From assembly GCA_018398765.1 (NCBI GenBank), contig JAHBMJ010000042.1, positions 1 to 58,800 on the forward strand: a stretch of DNA of 58,800 nt, written 5' to 3'. Within the stretch, counting starts at the first letter, position 1. The number at the start of each line of letters is the position of its first letter. Shown here piece by piece: positions 38,401-50,949 of the stretch. Origin of the DNA: Chromera velia (Eukaryota). The position numbers were made by a program, and so were the translations under genes. Below the pieces are notes generated by a model. It saw only the letters and a list, made by a program, of their open reading frames with translations. It ran no database searches and was not told where the DNA came from.

Positions 38401-38845
38401 ATAATATGTTAAACCTTGAAAACCTATAACTTAGAATTGCACTGGTGGATTATGATTCATTATTAAACTCCACTGACTCAATTTAGTTTAAAGTTTAAAC
38501 TAGATTTAAACTAAAATTTAAACAAAAAAAACTAATATTTATCTATTGATTTATTTTTAATTGATTTATAAAGTGAAAAAACCAGAGAAACAAATATATG
38601 GTAGTTTAATTGCCAGTGGTAGTAGTTTGATTACGGTAGTATACTAGTAGTAAATTTAAATTTTTCCTTTAATTATACATATAAACATTATAAGAGGAAC
38701 CCTTTTTAATTAATATACCTTAGAAAGATATAAGAAGTCCATGTGGAAGTCAATGTAGCCTATTGAAGTAAGTTTATAGAATTCTTTAAGTTCAGCTTCA
38801 ATAAAGTACTCAAAATTTGTATTCAAAAACCAGCTTTGTAGTTGA

Positions 38846-41723
38846 TCATGCTTCATACCCAGGCAAGGAGCTGTTAGAGGGGACCCGCTGCTGCGGCTGT
38901 TGGGCTTGCGCTGCTGGCGTCTCTACTTGGGGCTGGTGGGGAAGGTTGGCAGACTGAGACTGCCCCGGGGGGGGTTCCTGCTGCTCCTTGGCCTCGGGAG
39001 ACTGAGGTGCCTGTGTTCCTTGGGGAGGTTGGACTTGTGGTTGTTGTCCTCCGGGCACCGTGGCTGGGGGTGGGGGGGTGTCGCCGTAGGGGGGGGGGAT
39101 TTGTCCGATANNNNNNNNTGTCCGATAGTGACAGCGTCATTTCTGCGGGGGTTCCAGTAATCCGGGGGTCTTTCGGGTACCTGCGGGGCCTGTGGAGGGG
39201 GAGGGGCGTCTTGCATCTGAACGATGGTGATGACAGGGATGGCAGCCATGGAGGGGCTCCCCGTGGGAGAGGGGGTAATCTGGTTGGGAAAGCCTCGAAC
39301 GACCAGGGGGAGGACGACGGGCGGGCCTTGAGACTTCAGAGGGCCTATCAGGGGGGTCAGAGTCCTGCATGCATGCGGGGGGAGTCAGATTGGCGTTCAG
39401 GCAGGCATCTAGCCAGGTTTCGCGTCAGGGTGGACAGAGACGAGCACGCTCAGATATAGATGGACGAACAAAAGGTGCAAATGGATGTAGGAATGGATAG
39501 ATGGATAGATGGATGGATGGATGGATGGAAGGAATGATGGAAGGATGGAAGGATGGAAGGAAGGATAAGGTCAGAGGTCTACATTCAAGGAAAGGATGCA
39601 TGAGGAGCCAGCCAGCGCAGGAAGAAGTCAGTGAAAGCAGCCAGCAAAGGGCGCATTGTTTTTCTCTTTGCAAACACGGGTGTGTATGTGTGTCGACGTT
39701 GATTCTCGTGAACGCCTTCGACAGTCTTTGAACAAAGAGCTCAGCAAACTTTCCGAGGTCTGTCTCGATGAACCTCTTCCTCTTTCGCATGCGCGGATGA
39801 CAGGCTGACAGAGTGTGTGTGTTGGTAATCATGGGCGTCTGGATTGTTCCCGCCATGTTCCTTGGGAGGGCGATGCGGAGTTTTTGTTGGTGCTTCCCGG
39901 TGGGGAGACTGACAGGGACCTCGGTGTAAATCTGGAGGAACACGAAAGGACAGCCGACAGAGGAAATCGGCATGCAGCCAGTTGACATTGAAGGTAGACA
40001 GGAGAACATAGAACCCAGGCTGGGTACGGGCAGAGCCAATGCTTTTTGTTCCATGTAGACAGAAAGAGTAGAAGGGACCTCAAGAACGAAGGGGGACTTT
40101 GTGGAAGAAAAGGGGAAATACTGCGGCATGCCGACGAAACAGTTCGTTCACACTGTCACTACCGCCTTTCTCTTTCGGCGTCCCAGTCAAGCAGCTCTGA
40201 TCTGATTTCGATCCTTTTGTTTTCATCGCATGCTCGTCCGATCGAGTTTTGGGTCCACAGGACCGACCAAGCAGTCCAAAGAAAGGAAGAGAAAACAAAA
40301 AGAGCTCAGCGAAATGGACGCACATGTAACGAATTCGGAGGAAAAAGAAAAGAAGGGAATGGACAGGGGGGAAGTGGGCCCACCACTTTTGGTGCTCTCT
40401 TCAATTCTAATCCTTGTCAAAGCCCGATGGATCGCTCGATCCTTCCCTCACTCAAACTATGGGTCAATCAATGTGTTCGAACTAAAGTTACCCTGCCCAC
40501 CGACCGACCGACCAATCTACCCGTGTAGTGTTGCTGTCTGCCCTGCACTCTCCAGGCTGTGTGGGTCTCCACTCTCACCCTCACTCGGGAGACCCCACAC
40601 CAGCCGTTGTTCTCTGACCCCAACACCACTGTCACAGAAGTCCCTGCAGAAGGAAAAAGAAAGACAAACAATAAATGGATAGAAAGATCCGCGCACGTAC
40701 TCAATGCAGCACGCATCACGAGGTCTTGGGTGCAGCGAAGTAAAAATTCAAAAAGTTTCACGAAAAGATTCATGAGGCAAAGGCCGCAAAGCTGATTGAT
40801 TCAATTTGCTCTCCTTCCCCGACAAACACAGCATGCACAATGATTCCTTCTTCAACAACCCACCTACCAGGCGGATGCACGTCCGTCTCTGTGTGAGCTG
40901 TGAACGCCACCTTCCCTCCGAAGCAGGGCCCCGGCTGCATCCCTGAAGAGTACAAGGGAGAGGGCCCTTGAGGGACCCAGGCATCTGCTATGCGGAGCAT
41001 GTAGGAGGACGCTTTGACCTCCCCGGAGGAGGGTGTTCTGTACAGTGCGTGCAGCTCGTACCGGATCAACACGTTCCCTTTGCCGGCCATCTGGGCATTG
41101 AAGGACGGAGGCAGGTACTGGGGTAATGTGAAGTTGAAGGGAAACTCATACATTCTGCAATAAAACAAACATATTAATATATTTGAATTCACATGCATAC
41201 AGGGACGAATTCGTCATACCTTTCCGAATATTATCAATGCAGGCGCATACACATCCAGGTATGTATCGACGAACCGACAATGCGAGGTCCTAAAGAAAAG
41301 CAAAGGAAAGACATACAGCAAAGGCAGTGAAATGACTCTCCAGCCGCCTACCCCGGCTGAATCGTCCCTCCAAAGTTGGCCAGAGTGAAGCGCGTCCCCA
41401 TAAGGCTGAACTGTGCAGAAGGGCCGCTGCTGTCGAATCCCACCAGACCCCCTGATGTCATGCTGCAACTCTCATTTCCTGCATCAAGTCAGCACACCAA
41501 CACGGAGTGTGTGCAGCGAAACGACTAGAAAGATATTACATATCTCTTTTATATAGGCCAATGAAAATGTAAATGACACACCTGAAATGAGCACATCCAG
41601 GCAGGACACGGAGAATGCCTGTGGGGCTTCCACGTAGACGGTGCACCTGACTTCTTCCCCAGCCATGTAGGCCTCTCGCTCGGGTTTGATCAGGGTCCGG
41701 GGGACTCCGGTGGTATTTCCCAT
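38846..41723 (-). CDS. Alpha-arrestin / arrestin-domain-containing protein with Pro/Gln-rich tail and PPxY motifs (~436 aa after gap closure)
   Basis: Exons 41723-41582, 41478-41352, 41154-40868, 40643-40513, 39931-39810, 39364-38846. Arrestin_N: EAYMAGEEVRCTVYV..ISGNE..IQPGMYEFPFNFTLPQYLPPSF..IRYEL. Arrestin_C: PPGTSVTVVLGSENN..LRIALP..TIQTPMITNTHTL..LPLVV. Tail contains PPDY, PPPY, LPGY. Confidence 0.88.
39111..39118. other. Assembly gap (8 N) with a 9-bp overlap duplicated on both sides
   Basis: tgtccgata NNNNNNNN tgtccgata; collapsing the overlap restores the arrestin reading frame. Confidence 0.9.
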
Positions 41724-42438
41724 CTTTTCTTTCTCTCTTGATCGCCGAGAATCTAACGAATGCCAGGGAGCAACAGGTAGAGGTTTTGAGGATATAATAC
41801 AGAGATGCCAGATTTGCAACCTAACGCACGAACTCAGCTCGGGGTGAAGAAATGATGAATGAAGAGAGGAACGGTTTGCCGACCGGCTTGGTTTGCCTAA
41901 TCTGACAGCGTGGGAGCTGCCAGATTCTCTTCCCATGCATGAGAGAGATTGAAAGAGATACGGCGAAAGCTTTGTCACTTTGAAGGTCAGACACTCTGAT
42001 ACATAGTCTGCAGCGCGCCGCCTCCGGACCCGGGCCCCTCGATCGATCGAGGATCGATCGATCATATCATATATGGGGCGCGCCGCCATGCATGGCGCCG
42101 CCGAAAGTCTTCGGGCGCCGCCGCACATGCAGTCTGGTGTGTTTTGCTGTCTCCTCCAACAGACCCTTTCTGACAAACTGTCCCCCCCCATCTGTTTTCC
42201 ACGAGATTCCTCTAACGCCACACAGGCACACGACCGAGCCGGAGTCAAGAGAGAGAATCCTGGCTCTTTTTATGCACTTTGTGCGTGAAACTGGTGAATT
42301 GCATTTGGGAGTGCACTCTGTAGAGATGCACAAACGGTTCTCAACGCGCGAAAACGGCAAGGGGATGGTCTTACCTGACCCTGCCCACACTAGGAGCAGG
42401 GGTGAGGGCCACTGAGTGGTTGGTGGAAGGGGTTCAGA
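41724..42438. promoter_or_regulatory. Bidirectional promoter between the arrestin and PCIF1-like genes
   Basis: Divergent ATGs ~715 bp apart; GC/CpG-rich core 42010-42130 with GATCGATCGA repeats and palindromic CGCCATGCATGGCG. Confidence 0.6.
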
Positions 42439-45400
42439 ATGTCGGACAGAGACGCGCACAGAGCGGGGGGGGGATGGGAGTCTTCCAATTGGAGAGACTC
42501 TGCAGACGATCGCTCATATGTTCCGGGTGTGTCGTTCAAGAGCATGAACAGGAAGAAGGGTGGCGGATACACGCACTTCAGCAGCCACCAAAGAGAGCCA
42601 CGCGGTGGTGGTGGGGACAGAGATAGAGATGGATTTCGAGAGCGTAGAGGTTCCTGGGACTGGAGGGATAGGGACAGGGAGACGAGAGACCGCCGTGATT
42701 CCTGGGACAGTCAGGGGGGCAGAAAGCAACAGACGGCAGTTCGGTCATCTCAAGGACCTCCGGAGAGTCCGGGGGCTGCTGGGCGCGATATCTCGTGTCT
42801 TCTTGCTGACACACCTCAGCCTTGGAAGAGGGAGAGGGGGAGCGTCGGCAATGCGCACTCGTCATCTGGGACCGTGGGAGGTTCGAATGCGCACGGTGCG
42901 GGAGGTAACCGAGGAGGTCGGGGGACCGGAGGAAAAAACGCGGCATCAGACTTTGGGGAGATCGAGTGGCGTGACGGGAGACCGTTCAGGAAAGGTGGGC
43001 AGGGAGGGCGAATCTACTTGACCAGGCCGTCCAGAGAGGCGAGCTCGCACACTTTTTGTTTTCCGTCCACATAAGATAAAAGCAGTATGAGGAAACTTGC
43101 GAGAGACGGCAGGAATGTGGCCTTCTTCTTTCTTCTCCGGCATTTCCCGCCAGGGAGCAATCAAGAGTGCAAGAGAAGAACTTGACAAATGCGTTTGCTG
43201 CCATAAATTTTACAGCGTGTGACGCAACAACCGCATCTGTATGTATCCACGTTCTGTTGCTTTTCTCTTTATGTGCAGGTGCCCCTTTGTGGGACTTTTC
43301 TGTGGATACTCACCCTTCAGTATGGGGAGAGAGGGAAGACTTGGCAGCGCTGGAGGAGGTGCACCCCCTGACTGAGTATAAACGGAGCCGACACGTCAGT
43401 TCAGACCCTTTGATGTTCACGTTTACGTTCGATCATGTGGTGCTGTTTGTCTTGTCGGAGTCCACTTTGTCTTTTTCATTTCAAACAATCCTGTGGCCAC
43501 TGGATGGAAGGTGATGAGTGTCTGCGCAGCACACTGGGCCCGCAAAGCAAATGTCTCTTGGATTTTTCAATCTTTGAGGCCGTCTTCATTCTTCCAGCAC
43601 ATGTGCCTGATCTCGGTCTACAGCCCACCTCTCGATCCCCTCTCCCCTCTCCCCTCTCCTGTTCTTTGCAGGTTCTCCGTTTACAGCGCAGATATCGTCT
43701 GTGGTGCCGTCAGGAGATGGGTCTGGCAGAGCCTCCCGGAGACTCTCTTGACCGGTTTCTCCTGCACGGCCTCGCGCTACCCCGTCTCCCTGCGCCTCCC
43801 GGGTTTCCTTCTCATTGCAGATGGAAGAAACCCGAGGGGGTTGCAGAGGCACAACAGGGGCAGGGAAGTCTGCCTGCCGAGGCAGTCTCTTCGAATGGTC
43901 TCACTTGGTCCACCGTCGTCTCGTCAGATTCCTCCCTGTCGTGGCCAGGAAAGCCCAAAAAAGTGAAAAGACGGAGGTATAGGAGAGCGAGAAATCCCGA
44001 AGAAAGAGAAGAGCATGAACGAAAGAAGGCACTCAGAAGAGCTATTGCAGAGAAAGACAGAGACGCATCTTTGTCTTCTGCGTCTGATTCAGACTCCTCC
44101 AGAAGTTCCGCAGCTTCTCGAGTCGAGGCTGCGGCGCCTCACAGAGATGAACCCCCGATATCAGACCCGACGCCCCCCCCGACCCCCCCCGCAGCAGAAG
44201 AAGAGCCCCCCCCGCCCCCAAAGAAGAAAGGGTGGGGAAAAGTAGACGAAGATAGTCCAAGGACAAAAGCAGCAACCCCCTCTCCCTCAAATCCCGAAGA
44301 GGATGCAACTGTGGAGAAAGAGGAGAAGGAGACTCCCTCTAAAGAGGATACTAATTTTCCTTCCTTGTCTTCTTCTGCCTTCCCTTCTCTTGCTGCTTTG
44401 CGCACTTCTCAACAGGTGTCGAAGAAAGGAGGAAAAAAGGGAGGACAGAAACAACACCAGCAAAACGAGCCCGCCCACCCAACCTCCTCTCTGCCGGTCC
44501 CCCCCCCTCAACCAAGCGCTGCCGTCACTCCCACAGCTACTGCTGAAGATGAAGTGGCAGACGCGTCTGGTCGCCAGAGTGAGGCCAGGGGGGGGCCCTC
44601 CCCTGGAGGGGTGGGCGGGCGGGTGTCAGGCGCTCGTAATCGAAGGCGAAAGCGTCTGGGCAACAAGGCCGCCCGTGCTGGCAAGAAGACAGACGCAGAT
44701 AGGGAAGGGGGTACGGGTGACGGCCATTCCGAGCTATCTTCTGCCGTTACGCCTGCGGGTGTGTTTGCGTCCTCCCCCGCCTCCACGGCTGGAGTGACTT
44801 TGAAAGCTGAGCAGAGCGGGAGGGAGGAGCTTGGTGGAGAGTCTGGGGGGCATCAGACGCAAAGAGAGGCTGCGGAAGATCTTCGCAGAGTAGAGGAAGA
44901 GGAGGAGGGGGGTTGTTTGAGCAACGACAAAACAGCACCTTCAGGAGCAGGAGTAGCCGGCCCTAGCCCAAAGGCAGCAGCTGAGAAGGAAGAAAAGGGG
45001 ACAAAAGATGATGACCCACTCCTCAGAGCACCAGAAAGGGCTCTGGAAACTGACGTGCGTCTCTCTCTCTCTTTCCTCTCTTGCTCGTCCCATCTCTTTC
45101 TGTCTTTCTTCTGTGCTTCTCTATCCTTCTTCCCATCTCTTTTTTTGTCTACCTTGTAGCATTCTCAAGACCCCCCTGTCCCTCTGTGGGGAACTCCAAC
45201 ATTTTTTTTGTCGGTTGTGTGTTCTGGCTCTTTGGAAATTTGGACAGCACAAAGTCAGATTTTTCGATTGTTCGCTAAGTCCTTCACCTTTTGCACACTT
45301 CTGCTTTGCCTCTCTGTTGCTGCTCTGTCTGAACGAGCTTATGCAGGTTCTGCGGCGTGAGCTGATAGCCGAGTTGCCATTTCGTCTTCCTCTCTCACAG

Positions 45401-47410
45401 GTGGGCTTCTTTTTTCCTTTCTTTCATTGTCGCTGTATTTTTTGCACTGTAGACATTCACTCCACTCCTTGATCGAATTACAGCAAGAACTGTCTCTCCC
45501 ACGACAAAATAAGTGGGAAGGGTTGCGCACGGATGAAAACGTGGAGAGAGAGAGAAAGAGACAGAGAAGCAGAGACAAAAGCAGACCATTTTCATAAGAA
45601 AGGCAGCACGTTTGTCCAAAGACCTTCCTTCCTCTTTGATCAAGACGTTCCCTTGCCGCTTCCACGTTACAAAAGGAGGGGTAGTCAGTGACTGCACTTC
45701 TTTTCTCTTTTCTCTGTCTCATTTTGTCATTGCTGTAAGTAAACACTCCAAACATGCATCGCAGGATGAATGGAGGGCTCAGCATAGGGTATCTGCGTAT
45801 CTGCGCAAATCCGAGGAGCTTCTTCGGAAGGTCCGGAGGTTGGTCGAGCGCCCCCACCCTCACGAGCTAGAGGCCGCTCGAGATCTGGCGCTCCAGATTG
45901 ACGCGGCAATGCGGGGGAGAAAGGCGGCGGTGCGATTCGTCCCTTCTCGGTCCTCTCCGTCTTATCAACAGGCAAACGAGCCAGATGAGCCTCTGTCTCG
46001 AGGAGAGAAGAAAAAGAACAAGAAAAGGAGAAAGAAGAGCGAGACCACCGTGCAACAAAGTCTCGGGGGGGAGGGACTTAAAACCGCCGTTCACCCGCCG
46101 CTCCCTTCTCTTTCAGTTGCGGCCTCAGGGCGCCCCCCGAAATCGCCTCCCCCCGTCCCCCCTTCTCCCCTCACGCAACCCCCACAACAGCAACCGCAGC
46201 AGCAGCAAAGTTTGCAAGTGCCGTCTCCATCAGTGTGCCCCGGAAACGGCAAAATCGAAAAGGAGAAAGAAAAAGAAAGATCTGCTGCCAACGGTCCGAA
46301 CGGAAGCCGGTCGGGAAGTCCGAATTATTCGGGCAAAGATTCTCCAGCCCCTTCCGAGACCTTCCCTGCCCTTTCGCCTCCAATGGGCGGAATGGCTCCC
46401 TCTGCTTCCTCCCGAGCGTCCACTACAGTGCCTCCAGGGGGGGCCCGGGGGAATTGTGGGGCGGTGGGAGAAGGGGGAGGCAGCGTCTTGCCCCCCTTGG
46501 CGGAAAGCGAGCGAGAGTCTGTTCGTGGAGAATGTGAAAGTACTGTCGATGGGGGGACGTTCGCGTTGACTGAGAGCGATACCGAAGATCCGTTACTGTG
46601 CCCTTCTGCCGTCGGCACCGCGCTTTTTGCCTCTCCTCTTCAGCGTCGTGCTGCCACAGGGGACGGAGGACTGACGCACGCAGCGGCCTCCTCGTCTGCG
46701 TCTTCTTCTTCTGCAGCTGCTGTGCGCGCGCACAGCGATGGTAATTCTTTGCACCCACCTCCTGAGGGGGTGGTGGTTCTTTTTGACCATATAGAGGAGT
46801 CCCTGGAACAATTAAATGAGCTTTTAGGGACTGCTGACAGTGGGAGGGGGGGATCGTCCTCATCCCCCTGTCCCCCATTTTCAATAGCCAGGGAGGCGTT
46901 TGCCTTCCGGAGACTTCGAGAGCTTCGAGGTCTCTTGTGTATTGCCGCGGAAAAGGAGTCTATGGAACTCCTGCGTGAAGAAACAAAAGAGAAAGAGAGG
47001 GAACAAGAGAAAGACAAAGATATAGATGAAAAGGAAGAGAAGGAGGAAGAGGAGAAAGAGAATGGGTCTTTAATTGATGAGATTCAGAGTCAGAAAGAGA
47101 GAGAGAAAGAGAAAGAAAAGGAGGTTTCCGGTTGGCGTGCGGCAGTCAGGTTAATTCACGCCACGCTGATCCATTTGTGGAAGCCGATAGTGTCCCCTTT
47201 GGTAGACCGGGTCTTGGAGCTTTTGGAGTCGGAGGTTCACCACACATCGGTGTGTTTGAAGGAGCTTCGTGACCTGACGTGGGAGAGTGCGGAGAGGGAG
47301 GGAGAACCTCCGCCGGTGATTCGAGCGCACAATGGAGGTTCGTCGTTTCCTTCATGTGATGCTCAACAATAGGGCAGAGAGAGGGAAAAGCGATGAAACA
47401 CACAAGTACA

Positions 47411-47480
<70 letters not shown>

Positions 47481-50400
47481 CTCGAAGTCGTGTCCAAAGA
47501 ACACTGAGAGAAGGATGTGCATATGCAGCACCAGGACTCTTGCTTGACCAATCAACAGATTGCATTCATCCCCCTTTCATGTCTCTACAGGTGACTCTGA
47601 GAGTGGGCACACCTCTGGAAAGGGCGGTGGGTGCCCCTCTGCGGATTCGCATTCTGAGTACATGGAGATTCGTTTCAAAGACGACCGTCAGTCAGTCCTT
47701 CAGTTGAGCATAATGTCCATATGGATCACGGTCGCCATTGTCTGACCGAGTTTGTCTCTCAACTTCGCCCTTTTCTTTTTCATTCGTCTGAACAGGTCTG
47801 TCTTTCAACTTCGCCCTTTTCGTTTTCATTCGTCGTTGCGTGGGAGTTTCTGTCGGTGCGATGAACTCAACCAAGAGGGCAGACAGCTCGAGTGAATTAA
47901 CAGAAAGAAATAAACAGATGGTTGGAGATTTTCTCATTCGCATGTCATGTTCTGCAACCCGTGCTTGTACGTCTGCGTCTGTGTGTGCATGCATGCATGC
48001 AGGCATCCCGTTGAGTGTGCTCCACTTCACGAAGATGAAGGCCCTGTACGAGAGGCACAACAGGGAGTCTGACCCTGGTAAGTGAGTGAGTGCATGGGCT
48101 CTTCTGGGTGTGGGAGGGAGAGGGACAGGGCGGGTCGGGGCAGGGTGGATTTTGAGAGAGAGAAAGTGAGGACAAAGAAAGTGGGGACAATCTAGGAGGG
48201 GTGGAGGGAAAGTCAATCAGGGTTTGACATTGAAGGATTGTGAAGTAGGGATTTCATTCCTTTTTTGGCATCAACAACAACACCCATGAAGGTTCGGTGA
48301 GGTCTCAACGAATGACGTTCCGTGGGCGATTGGTGAGCTGAGAGGCAGTAATCTCATCGGCTTGCTTGTCTTGTCTGTCTTCTGCGTGTCTGCAGAAAAT
48401 GAAAAGCTGGCCAGACGTCTGTATATCCTCGTTCGTCGCTACGTGTCTTTTATCGGTCGGTCACTTATGCATGGGAGGTGTCTCTCTTCTCTTTCTGTGC
48501 AAGCGAGGCCTGTCCTTTTCTCTTCTGTTTCTTCTCATCGATTTTGCCAATTCTCTTGAATGATAGACTTCCCGGCTTTTTCTCAGACAGATCAATCAGG
48601 CCCCTTCCGTTTCTAGCATCTATACGCTTGTTGGTTGATTCATTTGGTTCCGCGCGTAAAAAAAAAAAAAGAGACGGGCATGGACACGCAGTTGGAATTC
48701 CTCAATCTGTCACTTTGGGCGGGCTGCTGTCTCTCCGCATCTTATTTTCGTGAAGTGGATTGTTGCTTCCTCCGTCTCCACATAATTCCTTCCTTCCTTC
48801 CTGTCTGCAGGGATTGATCCACGAAAACCCGGAAACCTGGGGGGAAATATGCACGCAGCAGCCCCTGGTGAGTTTGTTTTCATGAGAACTTGCGCGAGTT
48901 TGTGTGTTTGTCTTACCATCTCGTCCGTCGGTTGTCTTTTAATCCGAAACGAAGGAAAATTCCAATTCCATCTTCGCACTGCGCGGAAAAGGAAGAGAAA
49001 GAGAGCACCTGTCTCTCTGGTTGACTCTTTCGATCTTCATTCTGTGCCCTCTCTCTCGAATTTGAAGAAAGAAAAGAGGGTAGAGGTGACTGCTGTGCTT
49101 TTCGATCTCTGGGGCTGCTTTTCGATTTTGTGGGGGCTGTGGTGGGTCCAACAGGTGAAAAGCTCTTCGGAAGCAGACGGCAACAGAGTGAGGCAAGGGA
49201 ATGAGATAGAAAAGGATGCACTGCGTGGCTGTTTTTGCCCTTCATCATACCAGTGTTTGTTTACGTGGTTGCGTGCATTTTTTTCTTCGATTGATTGCTT
49301 GTCTGTTTGCAGAGAACGTTTTCAAGTGGCTGCACGCGAACATGGCAGTCTCATTTGAGGGATTTGCGAGCCCTCTGAACTGCTTCTTCCCCCGCTTTTG
49401 CTCGGCGTTTCCGGACACCGATAGGTCGGTCGGTCTGCCCGTCAGTTTCAGACGGCAAATGCTTGCCCGACAGGGGCGGTTGCTGCCCTATTGCTGATTG
49501 TCGGTTACGCTTTCCGCTCTTAGACCTCAGTTGATGGATCAGCTCGGCTGTCTTGATGTCGGAGTGAAAAAAAATGAATTGCTGAGCCTCTCTGCCTGCC
49601 GTCTGCAAAGATGGCCTTGGAATAGAAGGGCCAAACTGAGAAATTAGAGAGAGGGGGGGGCCTCGCCTTACCCCACTTCTTTTTAAACGTGTCTCTTTCT
49701 CCCTCCCTTACCCTTCTTCCTTTCAGGTGGTTCGGTTCGCAGGGCAGCTTTTTTGACTTCTGGCCGAAGAGCGGCCACTTTGAGGTGGGACCTCCGTACA
49801 CTGAGGAGGTCATGCAGGCGGCGGCTGAGCACCTGCTGGAGGTCTGTCTGTTTTTTTGTTTGCAGCCCCAGCTGTCCTCGCGTGCCTGCCAGCGTGCCGA
49901 TTTGTCCTTCCTGCATTTCCCCCCCCCCCTTCATTCCCCTTAAATGGCTCTTGCTGCCCTTCGCTGCCCTGGGTTAAGTGTCTTTTGTTCCGGTGACCGC
50001 GCCTTCCTTGCCTGCGGTGATCTTGCAACATGAAGTGCCTGCCTGATTGACCGAGGTTGTATAGAGGACCATGGGCACAGGGGGGCATTTCCGTTTGCAC
50101 ATTAGTCTGTGTGCCTTCATGCCTGCCTGGTTCACATTTTGCCTCTCTGTTATGTTCATTGGTCGGAGGAAAAAGCCAAGAACGATACAGAGGTGAACGA
50201 AGAGGCGAACGAACAATCGGGTCCTCAGTCCTACAGGGGACACAAACGGAAACGGAAGGTCCATAGCAACAACCGAGCAGAGAGAGAAGGGGAGAGATTC
50301 GGTTCACTTCACATTGAGCGTCATTTTTGTGTCTGTCTGTGTGTTCATGCATGCAGCTGTTGGAGGCAGCGCGAGACTCTTCGGACCCGCTCTCCTTCAC

Positions 50401-50915
50401 CTGCTTTGTGCCTGACTGGCACTCGCCGCCTTGTCCTGGTCAGTCCTTTTTCTTCTCTTTGACCTTTTTCATTTTCAGTCCGAAAACCCGATTTTGTGCT
50501 CTCTGCCAAAGCGAATCTCGCTGCCTGGCCGGTCGAAAGGGAATGGTGCGATCGCCGTGTTTTTCCGCCACAATCTTCATGACCTGTTGTCCTTCTCAGT
50601 CGCACTTTTCTTTTCTTTCTTTTCTTCTCCCCCCTCGTCTTCTTCTTCTTCCTCCTCTTTTTCTTCTTCTTTTGACTTTTAGCTTCCTTTCTGCGTGCCT
50701 CAGATTTCCTGTCAGACATACCCGATGTGATGTGATGTGATGCAGCACTAGAATTCATGGAGAGTGAGCGCTTTGGGGACTTCCTCAAGGCACGAGAGGT
50801 CGCTCCTGGACGGGCGGTGAGTCTTTTTGTCTTTTTGTTTGTTTGCTTGCGTTTTCTTTTTTTGTTTGTTTGTTTGTTTGTTTGTTTGTTTGTGTTCTCT
50901 TTTTTTCTTTGTTTG

Positions 50916-50949
<34 letters not shown>

